Source: an uncultured Oscillospiraceae bacterium (lineage in GTDB: Bacteria > Bacillota > Clostridia > Oscillospirales > Ruminococcaceae). Taken from it: a DNA stretch of 33,333 nucleotides. Below the pieces are notes generated by a model. It was not told where the DNA came from and did no database searches. It saw only the letters and a list, made by a program, of their open reading frames with translations. Below are positions 1 to 8,658 of the stretch, piece after piece. Each line of letters opens with the position of its first letter. Positions within the stretch are counted from its first letter, which is position 1. Made by a program: the position numbers and the translations under genes. The stretch covers positions 1-33,333 of the forward strand of contig CAYXRE010000005.1 in NCBI GenBank assembly GCA_964466125.1, given 5' to 3'.

Positions 1-502
1 GCGAGAGCCGTATGAGCGACGACACGGCTATGTCAATCGACTCGATTTTGATTCCGGCGTCGGACAGCAGCGAGACATAGGACTCGATTAATGACTTTTC
101 GACCGCCGAGCAGAGAATAACGCCGCCGTTATTTGCGGCGTTTCTTTGCTTGACGACCATGTAGTCGTAAAGCAGCTCACCGCGGCTTTCGCTTACGTCG
201 GCAAATTCGCTTTGTACAAGGCTGTACAGCTTTTTTTCTGGCAGATACGGAACGGTTACCTGCTTGGAAAGTATGCTGTTTGAGTCAATAATCAAACTCG
301 CGCAATCAAGCGGTTTGCCGAGCTTCGCGTGAAGCTGGGACAGCGCCGAGCGCACGGGTGTATCGTTTACGATTACGCCGTTTACCACCGATTCCTCCGA
401 AAGCGGAAGGGTAGTCCAGTCGGTGACCGTGACCAGCTTTTTTGAGGGTTTGCCGCACACGACCTTAATCGAATCGTTCAAAATGCACAGAGAGGTCTTC
501 AT
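1..502 (-). CDS. pilM: PilM-like type IV pilus assembly protein (actin-like ATPase fold). Only the N-terminal ~167 aa are present; the gene continues past the left window edge.
   Basis: Not in the ORF track because it is truncated by the window edge. Hand translation of the minus strand from ATG 502..500 stays open to nt 2: MKTSLCILNDSIKVVCGKPSKKLVTVTDWTTLPLSEESVVNGVIVNDTPVRSALSQLHAKLGKP...GVILCSAVEKSLIESYVSLLSDAGIKIESIDIAVSSLIRLS. The segment VEKSLIESYVSLLSDAGIKIESIDI resembles the PilM pattern (K.L.ESY..LL..AG.K...ID), and the gene sits directly after pilC. A GAAAGG SD lies just upstream of the ATG. Confidence 0.55.
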   Translation of the reverse strand, partial: MKTSLCILNDSIKVVCGKPSKKLVTVTDWTTLPLSEESVVNGVIVNDTPVRSALSQLHAKLGKPLDCASLIIDSNSILSKQVTVPYLPEKKLYSLVQSEFADVSESRGELLYDYMVVKQRNAANNGGVILCSAVEKSLIESYVSLLSDAGIKIESIDIAVSSLIRLS

Positions 503-524
503 TTGATTTGCCTTTCAACAAGAA

Positions 525-1727
525 TTAGAACGAGCTGTAGCCGCTGCCGATGTTGTTGTACAAGCTGAGTATCGGGAGCATTACCGAAACCATTACAAAG
601 CCGATTACGCCGGCCATAATGATTATCATCAGCGGTTCGACGAGAGAGGTCAGCTTGGTCATCGCCTGCTCGGATTCGTAGTCATAGGAATCGGCTATCG
701 AGGTGAGCATATAGTCGAGATTGCCGGATTCTTCGCCGATGTTGATTGTGGACGCGAGCTTGGCGCTGAAGCCGTCTACCGACGCTATCGAGCGAGAGAG
801 GGATTCGCCGTTGCGTACACTGGCGATAAGGTCGGGGAACTGCGAGGCGACGTAGGTGTTGCCGATGGTGTCCTTGGTGTTGGAAAGCGCATTGATAATC
901 GTAAGTCCGCTCGAATAAAGCGAGCTTAGTGTTCTCGCAAAGCGCGAGGTGTAGATTATCTTGAGCAGCTTTCCGATATACGGTATTCTCAGCTTGATTT
1001 TATCCCACCACAGCTTGACGGGCGGCGTGCGAAATAGAAAAATCACGACGGCGACAAGTATCAGGAATCCCGCGACAATAATGACACCGTGCGCCTTAAA
1101 GGCGTTCGCCATGTTCAACATGAACTGTGTGATAGCGGGCAGCTCCATATCCTTGAACAGGTCAAAGAAGCGCGGAAGAATAAAGGTGAAGATGAGAATA
1201 ACGACGACTACCGTAAGGCAAAGAAGAAATATCGGATAGAACATCGCAGAGCGTATTTTGGTATTGAGCTTGTTTTCTTTTTCGTAGTGCTCAGCCATAT
1301 TGATCGCGGTCTTATCCATCTGTCCGCTGGACTCGGCGGCACGCATCGCGCTCACGAGCAAGGGGGGAAAGCCGCCTTGAAGCTGCATTGCCTCGGAAAG
1401 CGAGTTGCCGCGCTGCAGCGAGCCGTAAATATCGGTGTAGACGTTTCGGACCCGCTCACTGAGGTCGTCGCCGTTAATAAGAATGCTGATTGTCTTTATG
1501 AGCGGGACGCCCGCCGTCAGCATCGCGCCGATTTGACGGCAGAAGTCCGAAAGCTCTTTGGTTTTCAGCTTTTCGCCCTGCCGCTCATCGAGCACAAGCT
1601 GCTGAGAAATGAGCGACATTCCGTCCGTCGCGAGCATAGTGCGAAGCTGTTTTACATCCGCAGCTTCCCGTTTGCCCTTTTTGATTTTTCCTTCTTCGGT
1701 AGTCGCTTCAAATTTGTATATCGGCAT
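525..1727 (-). CDS. pilC: Type IV pilus / type II secretion platform protein (GspF/PilC family)
   Basis: 400 aa with two T2SS-F-type halves. Each half ends in the family motif (AAESSGQMDKTAINMAEHY and IGEESGNLDYMLTSIADSY). There are three hydrophobic TM blocks. The gene sits between the prepilin peptidase and the PilM-like gene. Confidence 0.9.
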   Translation of the reverse strand: MPIYKFEATTEEGKIKKGKREAADVKQLRTMLATDGMSLISQQLVLDERQGEKLKTKELSDFCRQIGAMLTAGVPLIKTISILINGDDLSERVRNVYTDIYGSLQRGNSLSEAMQLQGGFPPLLVSAMRAAESSGQMDKTAINMAEHYEKENKLNTKIRSAMFYPIFLLCLTVVVVILIFTFILPRFFDLFKDMELPAITQFMLNMANAFKAHGVIIVAGFLILVAVVIFLFRTPPVKLWWDKIKLRIPYIGKLLKIIYTSRFARTLSSLYSSGLTIINALSNTKDTIGNTYVASQFPDLIASVRNGESLSRSIASVDGFSAKLASTINIGEESGNLDYMLTSIADSYDYESEQAMTKLTSLVEPLMIIIMAGVIGFVMVSVMLPILSLYNNIGSGYSSF

Positions 1728-1741
1728 AATTCAGCCCCGTG

Positions 1742-2530
1742 TCAATTAATAAACAGTGAAAGATATGCTTTGATGATGTCGTTTGCAAACAGCAGTGAAA
1801 CAAAAACGCCAAGTCCGATGAACGGACCGAACGCAAAGTGCTCCTTGCGTCCCTTTTTGCCGCTTAGCATCAGATAAACGGCAAAGCCGCCGCCGAACAG
1901 CAGCGCGACAAACATTGCAAGCAGCGTTGCGCGCCAGCCGAGCATAAAACCGCACACTGCGATGAGCTTTATATCTCCGCCGCCGAAGCAGTCGGGAATG
2001 AGCAGCGTCAGCAGCAGCATGGGCACGCTTATGCAAGCAAGACCGATAAGTCGCTCGACAAGCGTCACCGAGCCGTCCGCGAAGGCAAAGCCGAGCGCAG
2101 GGGCGATGAGAAACAGTATCAAACCGTTCGGAATTTCCATGGTATCTATATCTATAAATACTATACAAAGTATATCAGAAAGCGCCGCAAAAGCAATAAC
2201 AGCGAGCAAACTCGGCAAAAAACGCCACACACACAACACGGCGGCAAGTCCGCCGAGCAGCTCGACAAGCGCGTAGCGCGGAGAAATTCTCGCTTTGCAG
2301 TAACGGCATTTGCCGCCGAGAAACAGCCAGCTGAATATCGGAACGAGGTCGGCTGCGCCGAGGGTGTGCTCACAGCTCGGGCACATAGAACGTCCGCGCA
2401 CAAAGGATATACCGCGCGGCAGACGGTAGATGACAACGTTCAAAAAGCTGCCGATGACCGTTCCGAATATGAATACGTAAACGTATAAGACCCAATAGGG
2501 AAGCGCCATAAAATTCACCGTGTCATTCAT
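1742..2530 (-). CDS. pilD: Prepilin peptidase / N-methyltransferase (A24 aspartic peptidase family)
   Basis: 262 aa polytopic membrane protein. It has the N-terminal Cys pairs CPSCEHTL...CRYCKARISPRY. The catalytic Asp motifs FIDIDTMEIPN and GGGDIKL are present. It lies immediately downstream of a prepilin gene. Confidence 0.9.
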   Translation of the reverse strand: MNDTVNFMALPYWVLYVYVFIFGTVIGSFLNVVIYRLPRGISFVRGRSMCPSCEHTLGAADLVPIFSWLFLGGKCRYCKARISPRYALVELLGGLAAVLCVWRFLPSLLAVIAFAALSDILCIVFIDIDTMEIPNGLILFLIAPALGFAFADGSVTLVERLIGLACISVPMLLLTLLIPDCFGGGDIKLIAVCGFMLGWRATLLAMFVALLFGGGFAVYLMLSGKKGRKEHFAFGPFIGLGVFVSLLFANDIIKAYLSLFIN

Positions 2531-2537
2531 AGAAATA

Positions 2538-2563
2538 AAGCCGCCCCCGTTAGAGGGCGGCTT
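2538..2563 (-). terminator. Intrinsic-terminator-like hairpin between the pilin gene and pilD; probably a partial terminator or translational attenuator
   Basis: The arms AAGCCGCCC (2538..2546) and GGGCGGCTT (2555..2563) form a perfect 9-bp GC-rich stem with an 8-nt loop. On the minus-strand transcript the stem starts 13 nt after the pilin stop. It is followed by UAUUUCU, which runs straight into the pilD AUG (2530..2528). Confidence 0.5.
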
Positions 2564-2576
2564 ATGTGGTTATAGT

Positions 2577-2966
2577 TTATGCTACTGACCAGGAACCGGC
2601 GGAATATGTAGCTGTTTTACCGTTAACATATACAAGCTTTGTTACCTGCCAGTCGGCAACGGTAATCGTGCATTTCGCAGCCATTCCTGCGCCGGCGAGT
2701 TTGTTAAACTCGGTAACCTGTGCGGCAGTCAGTGTCACTTCACCGGAGGGACTGGTGGAAGTGGTGGCAGCCATCTCGGAAATCACCGTTTGAGCGGCGA
2801 GCAGGCAGGTACGGCCTTCGACGAGTATGGACTGATCCTTGGCTTTGTCTATCCAGCCGGTCATGGACGGAACCATTATCGCAGCAAGGATGGCGAGAAT
2901 GACAAGTACGACGATGACCTCAACGAGCGTGAAGCCCTTTTTGTTTTTTGCAAACAGTTTGAACAT
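2577..2966 (-). CDS. Type IV (pseudo)pilin with an N-terminal prepilin cleavage/methylation signal
   Basis: 129 aa. The leader is MFKLFAKNKKG|FTLVEVIVVLVILAILAAIMVP: a basic leader ending in Gly, Phe at +1, Glu at +5, and a hydrophobic alpha1 helix. Two Cys residues (GRTC, AAKC) lie in the globular part. An AAGGAG SD is upstream. It is the first gene of the pilus operon. Confidence 0.88.
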   Translation of the reverse strand: MFKLFAKNKKGFTLVEVIVVLVILAILAAIMVPSMTGWIDKAKDQSILVEGRTCLLAAQTVISEMAATTSTSPSGEVTLTAAQVTEFNKLAGAGMAAKCTITVADWQVTKLVYVNGKTATYSAGSWSVA

Positions 2967-3056
2967 AGCGATTACTCCTTATTCATTAAAATGCACGGAA
3001 TTGGCGATACGCAGCTTCATAATTCATTGCAATATCACCAAATTTCATCTATCGAC

Positions 3057-3085
3057 ATTATATGACGCTCTTTATAAAAAAGCAA
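3057..3085 (-). promoter_or_regulatory. Putative sigma-A promoter of the pilin operon
   Basis: The minus strand reads TTGCTT (3085..3080), a 17-nt spacer, then TATAAT (3062..3057). This predicts an ~85-90 nt leader before the pilin ATG at 2966. It lies in an AT-rich 225-bp intergenic region. Confidence 0.45.
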
Positions 3086-3191
3086 TAGCTTTATATTAAA
3101 TGTTACATTTTGTTCTTAATTAAAGGCTTTTGAACGAAAAGAAGGCGAAATTCGGACGATATAACGCGATTCGTTCACAATTATGAAACAA

Positions 3192-4301
3192 TCAGAACGG
3201 GTAATCCTCGTGCCGCAGCACGGCGCAGCCCCGCTCGACGACCTCCATGACGATTATGTCGGGGTCGTATTCGGCAATCAATGCGTCGATGGAATGCAGT
3301 GAGGAATAGTCGCGGTCGGCGCGTACAACGTCGGAGAAGTATAGCGGCAGATAATCAATCATGCTTTTGTAGTAGCTGTCGTGAACGAGCAGCAGCTTGC
3401 GCGAGTCAGCGGCGTTTGAGGTGTAGCGGGTGTATATGCCGCCGTCGCCGTAGGGCGAGGAGACTGCGGCGATGCCGTCGGCTATGCCGCTGAGCGAAAA
3501 TTCAACGTCGTTGTACAGTGAATCCCCGAGACCCGCAAGGTTTGCAAGGTCTTTCGGGTAGTCATCGCCTTTTGTAACTGTGAGCATCTCAAGCGCAGGA
3601 GTCTCGTGCCCGAGGCGTTCGAGAAGCACGCTTGCGCCGATGTATCCGCCAAGCCTGTTCCAGTGGGTGTCATATCGGTAGTAAAGCTGAAAACTGTTCT
3701 TTTGCGCTTCAAGCTCTGCTTTCGGATAAACCACATCTGCGCTAACGCCGCTTGCCGAAAGACAGCCGTACAGCTTGTCCACCGCAGTCTCCTCGACCGC
3801 TTTTTTCTCTAGATACTCTGGCAGATATTCGCGGTAAATGTTTTCTTTGTTGGGAGCAATGAGCAGAACGAATTGTTTGTCGGGATATTTTGCCTTTACA
3901 TTTCGTATCTGACGTTCGATAAAAGCCATGTCCTCGTTCGAGAATTCCGAGATTCCGAGCAGGTCGTCAATCGGGTTTTCCGCGTCGTAGTTGTTGTAAA
4001 ACAGCCAGCCGTCCTTGCCGACCACCACGCGCGGGTTCGCGGTCGTATTGAATAAATTCATCTGGACGAGCGAATTAAGGCTCATAAACTGATTTTTGAA
4101 CGGCAGGTGGTCGATATAGTATTCGTCAAAAGCGGCGGGGAAGCCCTCGACGCCCGTATTCGAGAAAACGGGGAATTCGGCGAGAGTGCGATTCTCGTGA
4201 TTGCCGCTGTCAAGGCTGTCTTTCAAGAAGGGAAAGAGAACGCTCGGCAAAATAATAACACATAGAAAAAGCGCAGTCAGGACGATATTTCGGTTTTTCA
4301 T
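3192..4301 (-). CDS. AlgJ/AlgX-like (DHHW-type) SGNH-fold O-acetyltransferase partner protein, membrane-anchored and extracytoplasmic
   Basis: 369 aa with an N-terminal signal-anchor (NIVLTALFLCVIILPSVLFPFL). It carries the signature YYRYDTHWN (the D-x-H-W motif of the AlgJ/AlgX/DHHW family) and a downstream GDS. Its start lies 12 nt after the MBOAT gene, a pairing typical of this family. Confidence 0.7.
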   Translation of the reverse strand: MKNRNIVLTALFLCVIILPSVLFPFLKDSLDSGNHENRTLAEFPVFSNTGVEGFPAAFDEYYIDHLPFKNQFMSLNSLVQMNLFNTTANPRVVVGKDGWLFYNNYDAENPIDDLLGISEFSNEDMAFIERQIRNVKAKYPDKQFVLLIAPNKENIYREYLPEYLEKKAVEETAVDKLYGCLSASGVSADVVYPKAELEAQKNSFQLYYRYDTHWNRLGGYIGASVLLERLGHETPALEMLTVTKGDDYPKDLANLAGLGDSLYNDVEFSLSGIADGIAAVSSPYGDGGIYTRYTSNAADSRKLLLVHDSYYKSMIDYLPLYFSDVVRADRDYSSLHSIDALIAEYDPDIIVMEVVERGCAVLRHEDYPF

Positions 4302-4313
4302 CTCGCGCCCTCC

Positions 4314-5726
4314 TCAGAATCTGAAATAGATGAACGGATTGTAGGTGCCACTGACGAGGAACACGACCGACATACACAGTATCACGAAAAGCGCACCGAT
4401 TTGCAGCCAGCCGGGCGCGTCGGTCGAATACAGCCGATCACGAAGCCTCGGAAGCACCGTTTGCAGCGCGCCGCAAAGCAGTATCGCGGCGATGAGCGAA
4501 ACGATTACGCCGCCGCTGACGAACATCTCAAGCGGCATGGCGCTGCCTGCGCGAAAGCTGAACATAACTTTAATCGCCTCAAAAGCCCGCGAAAGACTCC
4601 CGGCACGAAAGAATACCCAGCCGATGATTACGACAAGCATGGTGTATATGCGGTTGACTGTCTTAAAGCGGCAGCCGTCCAGCCACTTTTTCAAAAACAG
4701 CCGCTCGATTATCATAAAAAAGCCGTGCCACGCGCCCCAGAAAACAAAGCAAAGCGCCGCGCCGTGCCAAAGCCCGGTGAGAGTAAATACTATGGCAAGA
4801 TTGATTATCGTGCGCGCCGCGCCCTTGCGGTTGCCGCCGAGCGGGATATAAAGATAACTCGTGAACCAGCGGTTGAGCGACATATGCCATCTGCGCCAGA
4901 ACTCGGTTATCGAGCAGGAGATATACGGGTAATCGAAGTTTTCGAGAAAATCGAAGCGGAATCCCAGCATCCGCCCGAGTCCGATCGCCATGTCGGAATA
5001 GCCGGAAAAGTCATAGTAAATTTGAAATGTATAGAGAATCGCGCCCAGCCACAGATAACTGCTCGGAATATACGCAAAATCTATGGCGAAAAGGCTGTCC
5101 GCCGCCTGTGCGAGCGTGTTTGCGACAAGCACCTTTTTTCCAAGTCCGTAGATGAAGCGTTTTATGCCGTAGGCGGTTTTGTCGCGATTGATGTCGCGGC
5201 AGGTAATCTGGCTTTCGACGTCTTTGTAATTAACGATGGGTCCGGCGATCAGCTGCGGGAAAAAGGAGATGTAAAGTCCGAGAAGAAACGGGCTGCGCTG
5301 AACCTTGATTTCGCCGCGGTACAGGTCGATGATGTAGGAGAGTATTTGAAATGTATAAAAAGAAATACCAATCGGAAGCGCGATTTCGGCGAGCGCAAGC
5401 GAGCTGCCGAAAAGCCCGTTGATTATCGTAATGAGCATATCAAAGTATTTGAAGTATCCGAGCAGCCCGAGGTTGAAAACAAGCGCCGCAACAAGCCACA
5501 GCTTTCTTTTTGCCGAACTGCCGCTTTTGTCAATGGCAAGCCCGAAAAGGTAGTTGAAGCCGATGGACGTTATCATCAGCAGAATGTACAGCGGCTCGCC
5601 CCATGCGTAAAAAACTAGGCTTGCCGCAAGCAGCATCCAGTTTTGAGCCTTCAGCGGAAGCAGGCGGCTGAGAATGAGAACAATGGGCAAAAACAGCCAC
5701 AGGAACGTCATCGAGGAAAAAAGCAT
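4314..5726 (-). CDS. MBOAT-family membrane-bound O-acyltransferase (AlgI/DltB/PatA-like)
   Basis: 470 aa polytopic protein. Family-typical segments include FYTFQILSYIIDLYRG, ITEFWRRWHMSLNRWFTSYLYIPLGGNR and GLWHGA (conserved His). Confidence 0.9.
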   Translation of the reverse strand: MLFSSMTFLWLFLPIVLILSRLLPLKAQNWMLLAASLVFYAWGEPLYILLMITSIGFNYLFGLAIDKSGSSAKRKLWLVAALVFNLGLLGYFKYFDMLITIINGLFGSSLALAEIALPIGISFYTFQILSYIIDLYRGEIKVQRSPFLLGLYISFFPQLIAGPIVNYKDVESQITCRDINRDKTAYGIKRFIYGLGKKVLVANTLAQAADSLFAIDFAYIPSSYLWLGAILYTFQIYYDFSGYSDMAIGLGRMLGFRFDFLENFDYPYISCSITEFWRRWHMSLNRWFTSYLYIPLGGNRKGAARTIINLAIVFTLTGLWHGAALCFVFWGAWHGFFMIIERLFLKKWLDGCRFKTVNRIYTMLVVIIGWVFFRAGSLSRAFEAIKVMFSFRAGSAMPLEMFVSGGVIVSLIAAILLCGALQTVLPRLRDRLYSTDAPGWLQIGALFVILCMSVVFLVSGTYNPFIYFRF

Positions 5727-5754
5727 ACTATGACCTCACCGATATATTGCTGAC

Positions 5755-5782
5755 ATTATAACACAATAAAGCGCTGCGGCAA
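5755..5782 (-). promoter_or_regulatory. Putative promoter of the MBOAT operon (extended -10)
   Basis: The minus strand reads TTGCCG (5782..5777), a 16-nt spacer, then TGT-TATAAT (-10 at 5760..5755). A GGTGAGG SD precedes the ATG at 5726. Confidence 0.35.
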
Positions 5783-5824
5783 ATTAAGAAGCGGTATATT
5801 TAGGACGCTTTTTGCAAATTATGC

Positions 5825-5853
5825 TTGTTGAAAGTATTTCAGTGTATTATAAT
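5825..5853 (+). promoter_or_regulatory. Putative asnS promoter
   Basis: TTGTTG (5825..5830), a 17-nt spacer, then TATAAT (5848..5853). This leaves a ~20-nt leader with a GGAG SD before the ATG at 5882. The -35 element is weak. Confidence 0.3.
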
Positions 5854-5881
5854 AAGTGAAATATTTTTTTGGAGCAAAGCT

Positions 5882-7273
5882 ATGAAAAGAACTGAAATTA
5901 AGGCGCTCTATTCCGATTCGTCTCTTAAAGACGGACAGAGCGTTACGGTGGCAGGGTGGGTCAAGACCTCCCGTGAAAGCAAGAGTATCGGATTTCTCGA
6001 AATCAACGACGGCAGCTGCTTTAAGAATTTGCAGGTCATAATCGAAGCGGCGAAGTTCGACGATTTCAAATCCGTTGCCAATACTTCGGTCGGCAGCGCA
6101 GTAATCATAAGCGGAAACATAGTACTGACCCCCGATTCCAAGCAGCCGTTCGAGCTCAACGCCACATCCTTTGAGCTTGAGGGTGACTGCCCGTCCGACT
6201 ATCCGCTTCAAAAGAAGCGTCATTCGCTCGAATTCCTGCGTACCATGCCGCATCTGCGCGCGCGTACCAACACATACAGTGCCGTGTTCCGCGTACGCAG
6301 CGAGACGGCTTTCGCGCTGCACAAGTTCTTCAATGAAAACGGTTTTGTTTACGTGCACACCCCGCTCATAACCGGCAGCGACTGCGAGGGTGCGGGCGCG
6401 ATGTTCCGCGTGACGACATTGGACCCGAAAAATCCCCCGCTCGACGAGCAGGGAAATGTGGATTACTCGCAGGACTTTTTCGGACGCGAGACGAATCTGA
6501 CAGTTTCAGGACAGCTTGAGGGCGAGACGATGGCTCAGACCTTCGGCAAGATATACACCTTCGGTCCGACCTTCCGCGCGGAAAAGTCCAACACCACCCG
6601 CCACGCGGCGGAGTTTTGGATGATCGAGCCGGAGATTGCCTTTGCCGACCTTTCCGACTACATGGACCTCGCCGAGGCAATGACCAAGTCGGTCGTCGGA
6701 TATCTTCTCGAGAAATGCCCCGACGAGCTGAAGTTCTTCAACGATTTCTACGACAAGGGTCTGCTTGAGCGGCTTAATGCGCTCGTGGTGTCCGACTTTG
6801 TTCGCGTGAGCTACACCGACGCCGTCGAGATACTAAAAAAGCACAACGACGAGTTCGACTTTAAGGTGGAATGGGGCTGCGATTTACAAACCGAGCACGA
6901 GCGCTACCTCACCGAAAAGATATACAACAAGCCGGTGTTCGTCACCGACTATCCCAAGGAAATAAAGTCCTTCTACATGAGAATGAACGAGGATGGCAAG
7001 ACCGTCGCCGCCGCCGATATGCTTGTGCCCGGCGTCGGGGAGCTGTGCGGTGGCTCGCAGCGTGAGGAGCGGCTGGATAAGCTGCTTGCGAGAATCGACG
7101 AGCTGGGACTTCGCCGCGAGGACTACGAGTACTATCTCGACCTTCGCCGCTTCGGCTCCACAAAGCACGCGGGCTACGGTCTCGGATTCGAGCGGCTTAT
7201 CATGTACGTCACCGGCATCGGAAACATTCGCGACGTGCAGATTTATCCCAGAACGTTCGGAGGCTTGTTTTAA
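5882..7273 (+). CDS. asnS: Asparagine--tRNA ligase
   Basis: The ORF track starts at 5825, but [10 protein letters not shown] at 5882 has a GGAG SD and gives the usual ~463 aa. There is an N-terminal OB-fold region. The class II core includes [21 protein letters not shown] and [11 protein letters not shown], which are AsnRS-type. Confidence 0.95.
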   Translation: MKRTEIKALYSDSSLKDGQSVTVAGWVKTSRESKSIGFLEINDGSCFKNLQVIIEAAKFDDFKSVANTSVGSAVIISGNIVLTPDSKQPFELNATSFELEGDCPSDYPLQKKRHSLEFLRTMPHLRARTNTYSAVFRVRSETAFALHKFFNENGFVYVHTPLITGSDCEGAGAMFRVTTLDPKNPPLDEQGNVDYSQDFFGRETNLTVSGQLEGETMAQTFGKIYTFGPTFRAEKSNTTRHAAEFWMIEPEIAFADLSDYMDLAEAMTKSVVGYLLEKCPDELKFFNDFYDKGLLERLNALVVSDFVRVSYTDAVEILKKHNDEFDFKVEWGCDLQTEHERYLTEKIYNKPVFVTDYPKEIKSFYMRMNEDGKTVAAADMLVPGVGELCGGSQREERLDKLLARIDELGLRREDYEYYLDLRRFGSTKHAGYGLGFERLIMYVTGIGNIRDVQIYPRTFGGLF

Positions 7274-7306
7274 GAGCCATACACACGGCACACAGGAGGA
7301 ATTGTT

Positions 7307-8599
7307 ATGACGTCAAACGCGTACGAGTCCATGGCAAAGCAGGACAGAGAGAAACTGCTTGCCGAGCTTATGAAGGAATACTCAAAATGGCTCGAGGCGG
7401 ACATCAATCTCGATATGTCGCGGGGCAAGCCATCTCCCGCGCAGCTTGAGCTGTCGACGCCTATGCTGTTGAATATTGAAAACGTCGGCTTTATCGATGA
7501 AAAGGGCTTTGATTCGCGCAACTACGGCGAGCTTCGCGGCGTGCGGGAAATGGCAAGGATATTCGCGTCTATGCTGGACGTCGACGAGAAGAACGTCATC
7601 TGCGGCGGCAACTCGAGCCTGAATTTGATGTATGACACGATATCGCGCGCTTACACACACGGGCTGCCTCATTCCGACAAGCCGTGGTGCAAGTATGACA
7701 ATGTCAAGTTCCTTTGCCCCGTGCCGGGCTATGACCGCCATTTCGCGGTGACCGAGCATTTCGGCATTGAGATGATAAACGTTCCCATGACGCCGGTAGG
7801 TCCGGACATGGACATCGTCGAGAGACTGGTCGCGTCCGACGAGACGATAAAAGGAATGTGGAACATACCGGTCTTCCAAAACCCGACCGGCTACGTCTAT
7901 TCGGACGAGACGATAAAGCGGCTTGCTTATATGGAATGCGCTGCGCCCGATTTCACGCTCATCTGGGACAACGCGTACAGCGTACACCCGCTGTACAAAG
8001 CGATGCCGAGACCCGTCAGCATACTCGATGAATGCGCGAACGCCGGTAATCCCGAGCGCGTGATTCTGTTTGCGTCCACGAGCAAGATAACCTTCAGCGG
8101 CGCAGGAGTCGCCTGCATCGCAGGAAGCGAGGCGACGCTGGACGCGTGCGTCAAGTCGATGAGCGTGATGACCATCGGCTATGACAAGCTCAATCAACTC
8201 GTACACGCGAGATTTTTGAAAAATGAGAAAACTCTGCGAGCGCACATGCAAAAACAAGCGGAGATACTTGCGCCGAAGTTTGAGCTTGTTGATTCGGTGC
8301 TGAAGAGGGAGCTTTCGCAGCTCAATATCGCGCGTTGGACCAATCCTCTCGGCGGCTATTTTATGAGCCTGTTCGTTCCGCACGGCTGTGCGAAAAGGGT
8401 AGTCAAGCTTTGCGCGGACGCCAACGTTAAGCTCACGGGTGCGGGAGCGGCTTATCCTTACAAAAACGACCCGGAGGACAGCCATATACGCATTGCTCCG
8501 AGCTATCCGTCGCTTTCCGAGCTGGAAAAGGCGAGCGAGCTGTTGTGCCTTTGCACAAAAATAGCGGCACTTGAAGTGCTTGAACGCGCAGTTGACTAA
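7307..8599 (+). CDS. PLP-dependent aminotransferase (class I/II fold). From memory it resembles the 'Asp_aminotransf' PF12897-type family.
   Basis: 430 aa. The N-terminal segment is NLDMSRGKPSPAQLELS. The PLP-lysine context is FASTSKITFSGAGVACI. An AGGAGG SD is present, and the gene starts 33 nt after asnS. Confidence 0.8.
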   Translation: MTSNAYESMAKQDREKLLAELMKEYSKWLEADINLDMSRGKPSPAQLELSTPMLLNIENVGFIDEKGFDSRNYGELRGVREMARIFASMLDVDEKNVICGGNSSLNLMYDTISRAYTHGLPHSDKPWCKYDNVKFLCPVPGYDRHFAVTEHFGIEMINVPMTPVGPDMDIVERLVASDETIKGMWNIPVFQNPTGYVYSDETIKRLAYMECAAPDFTLIWDNAYSVHPLYKAMPRPVSILDECANAGNPERVILFASTSKITFSGAGVACIAGSEATLDACVKSMSVMTIGYDKLNQLVHARFLKNEKTLRAHMQKQAEILAPKFELVDSVLKRELSQLNIARWTNPLGGYFMSLFVPHGCAKRVVKLCADANVKLTGAGAAYPYKNDPEDSHIRIAPSYPSLSELEKASELLCLCTKIAALEVLERAVD

Positions 8600-8620
8600 G
8601 TTTTACAAAAGAAATATAAT
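8592..8620 (+). promoter_or_regulatory. Near-consensus sigma-A promoter for the SecD/F-like pair
   Basis: TTGACT (8592..8597, overlapping the aminotransferase stop), a 17-nt spacer, then TATAAT (8615..8620). A GGAGG SD precedes the ATG at 8659. Confidence 0.5.
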
Positions 8621-8658
8621 ACTAAAGTTGTTATAAGCATAATTTTTGGAGGCTTCAG

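Noticed and set aside
4401-5618. 405-aa plus-strand ORF
   Set aside because: It lies fully antisense to the well-supported MBOAT gene. It is Arg/Ala/Lys-rich with low-complexity composition and no recognisable motif. It is a typical shadow ORF of a gene with GC-rich third codon positions.
5825-5881. N-terminal extension of asnS (track start at 5825)
   Set aside because: The extension ([19 protein letters not shown]) overlaps the putative promoter and has no SD. ATG 5882 has a GGAG SD and gives a canonical-length AsnRS.
5727-5881. T-box or other riboswitch leader upstream of asnS
   Set aside because: Only 155 bp are shared by two divergent promoters. The predicted leader is ~20 nt. No GGTGGTACCGCG-type T-box sequence or terminator/antiterminator pair is visible.
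7382-8485. 367-aa minus-strand ORF
   Set aside because: It is antisense to the aminotransferase gene. It is Arg/His-rich and has no motif, SD or sensible neighbours.
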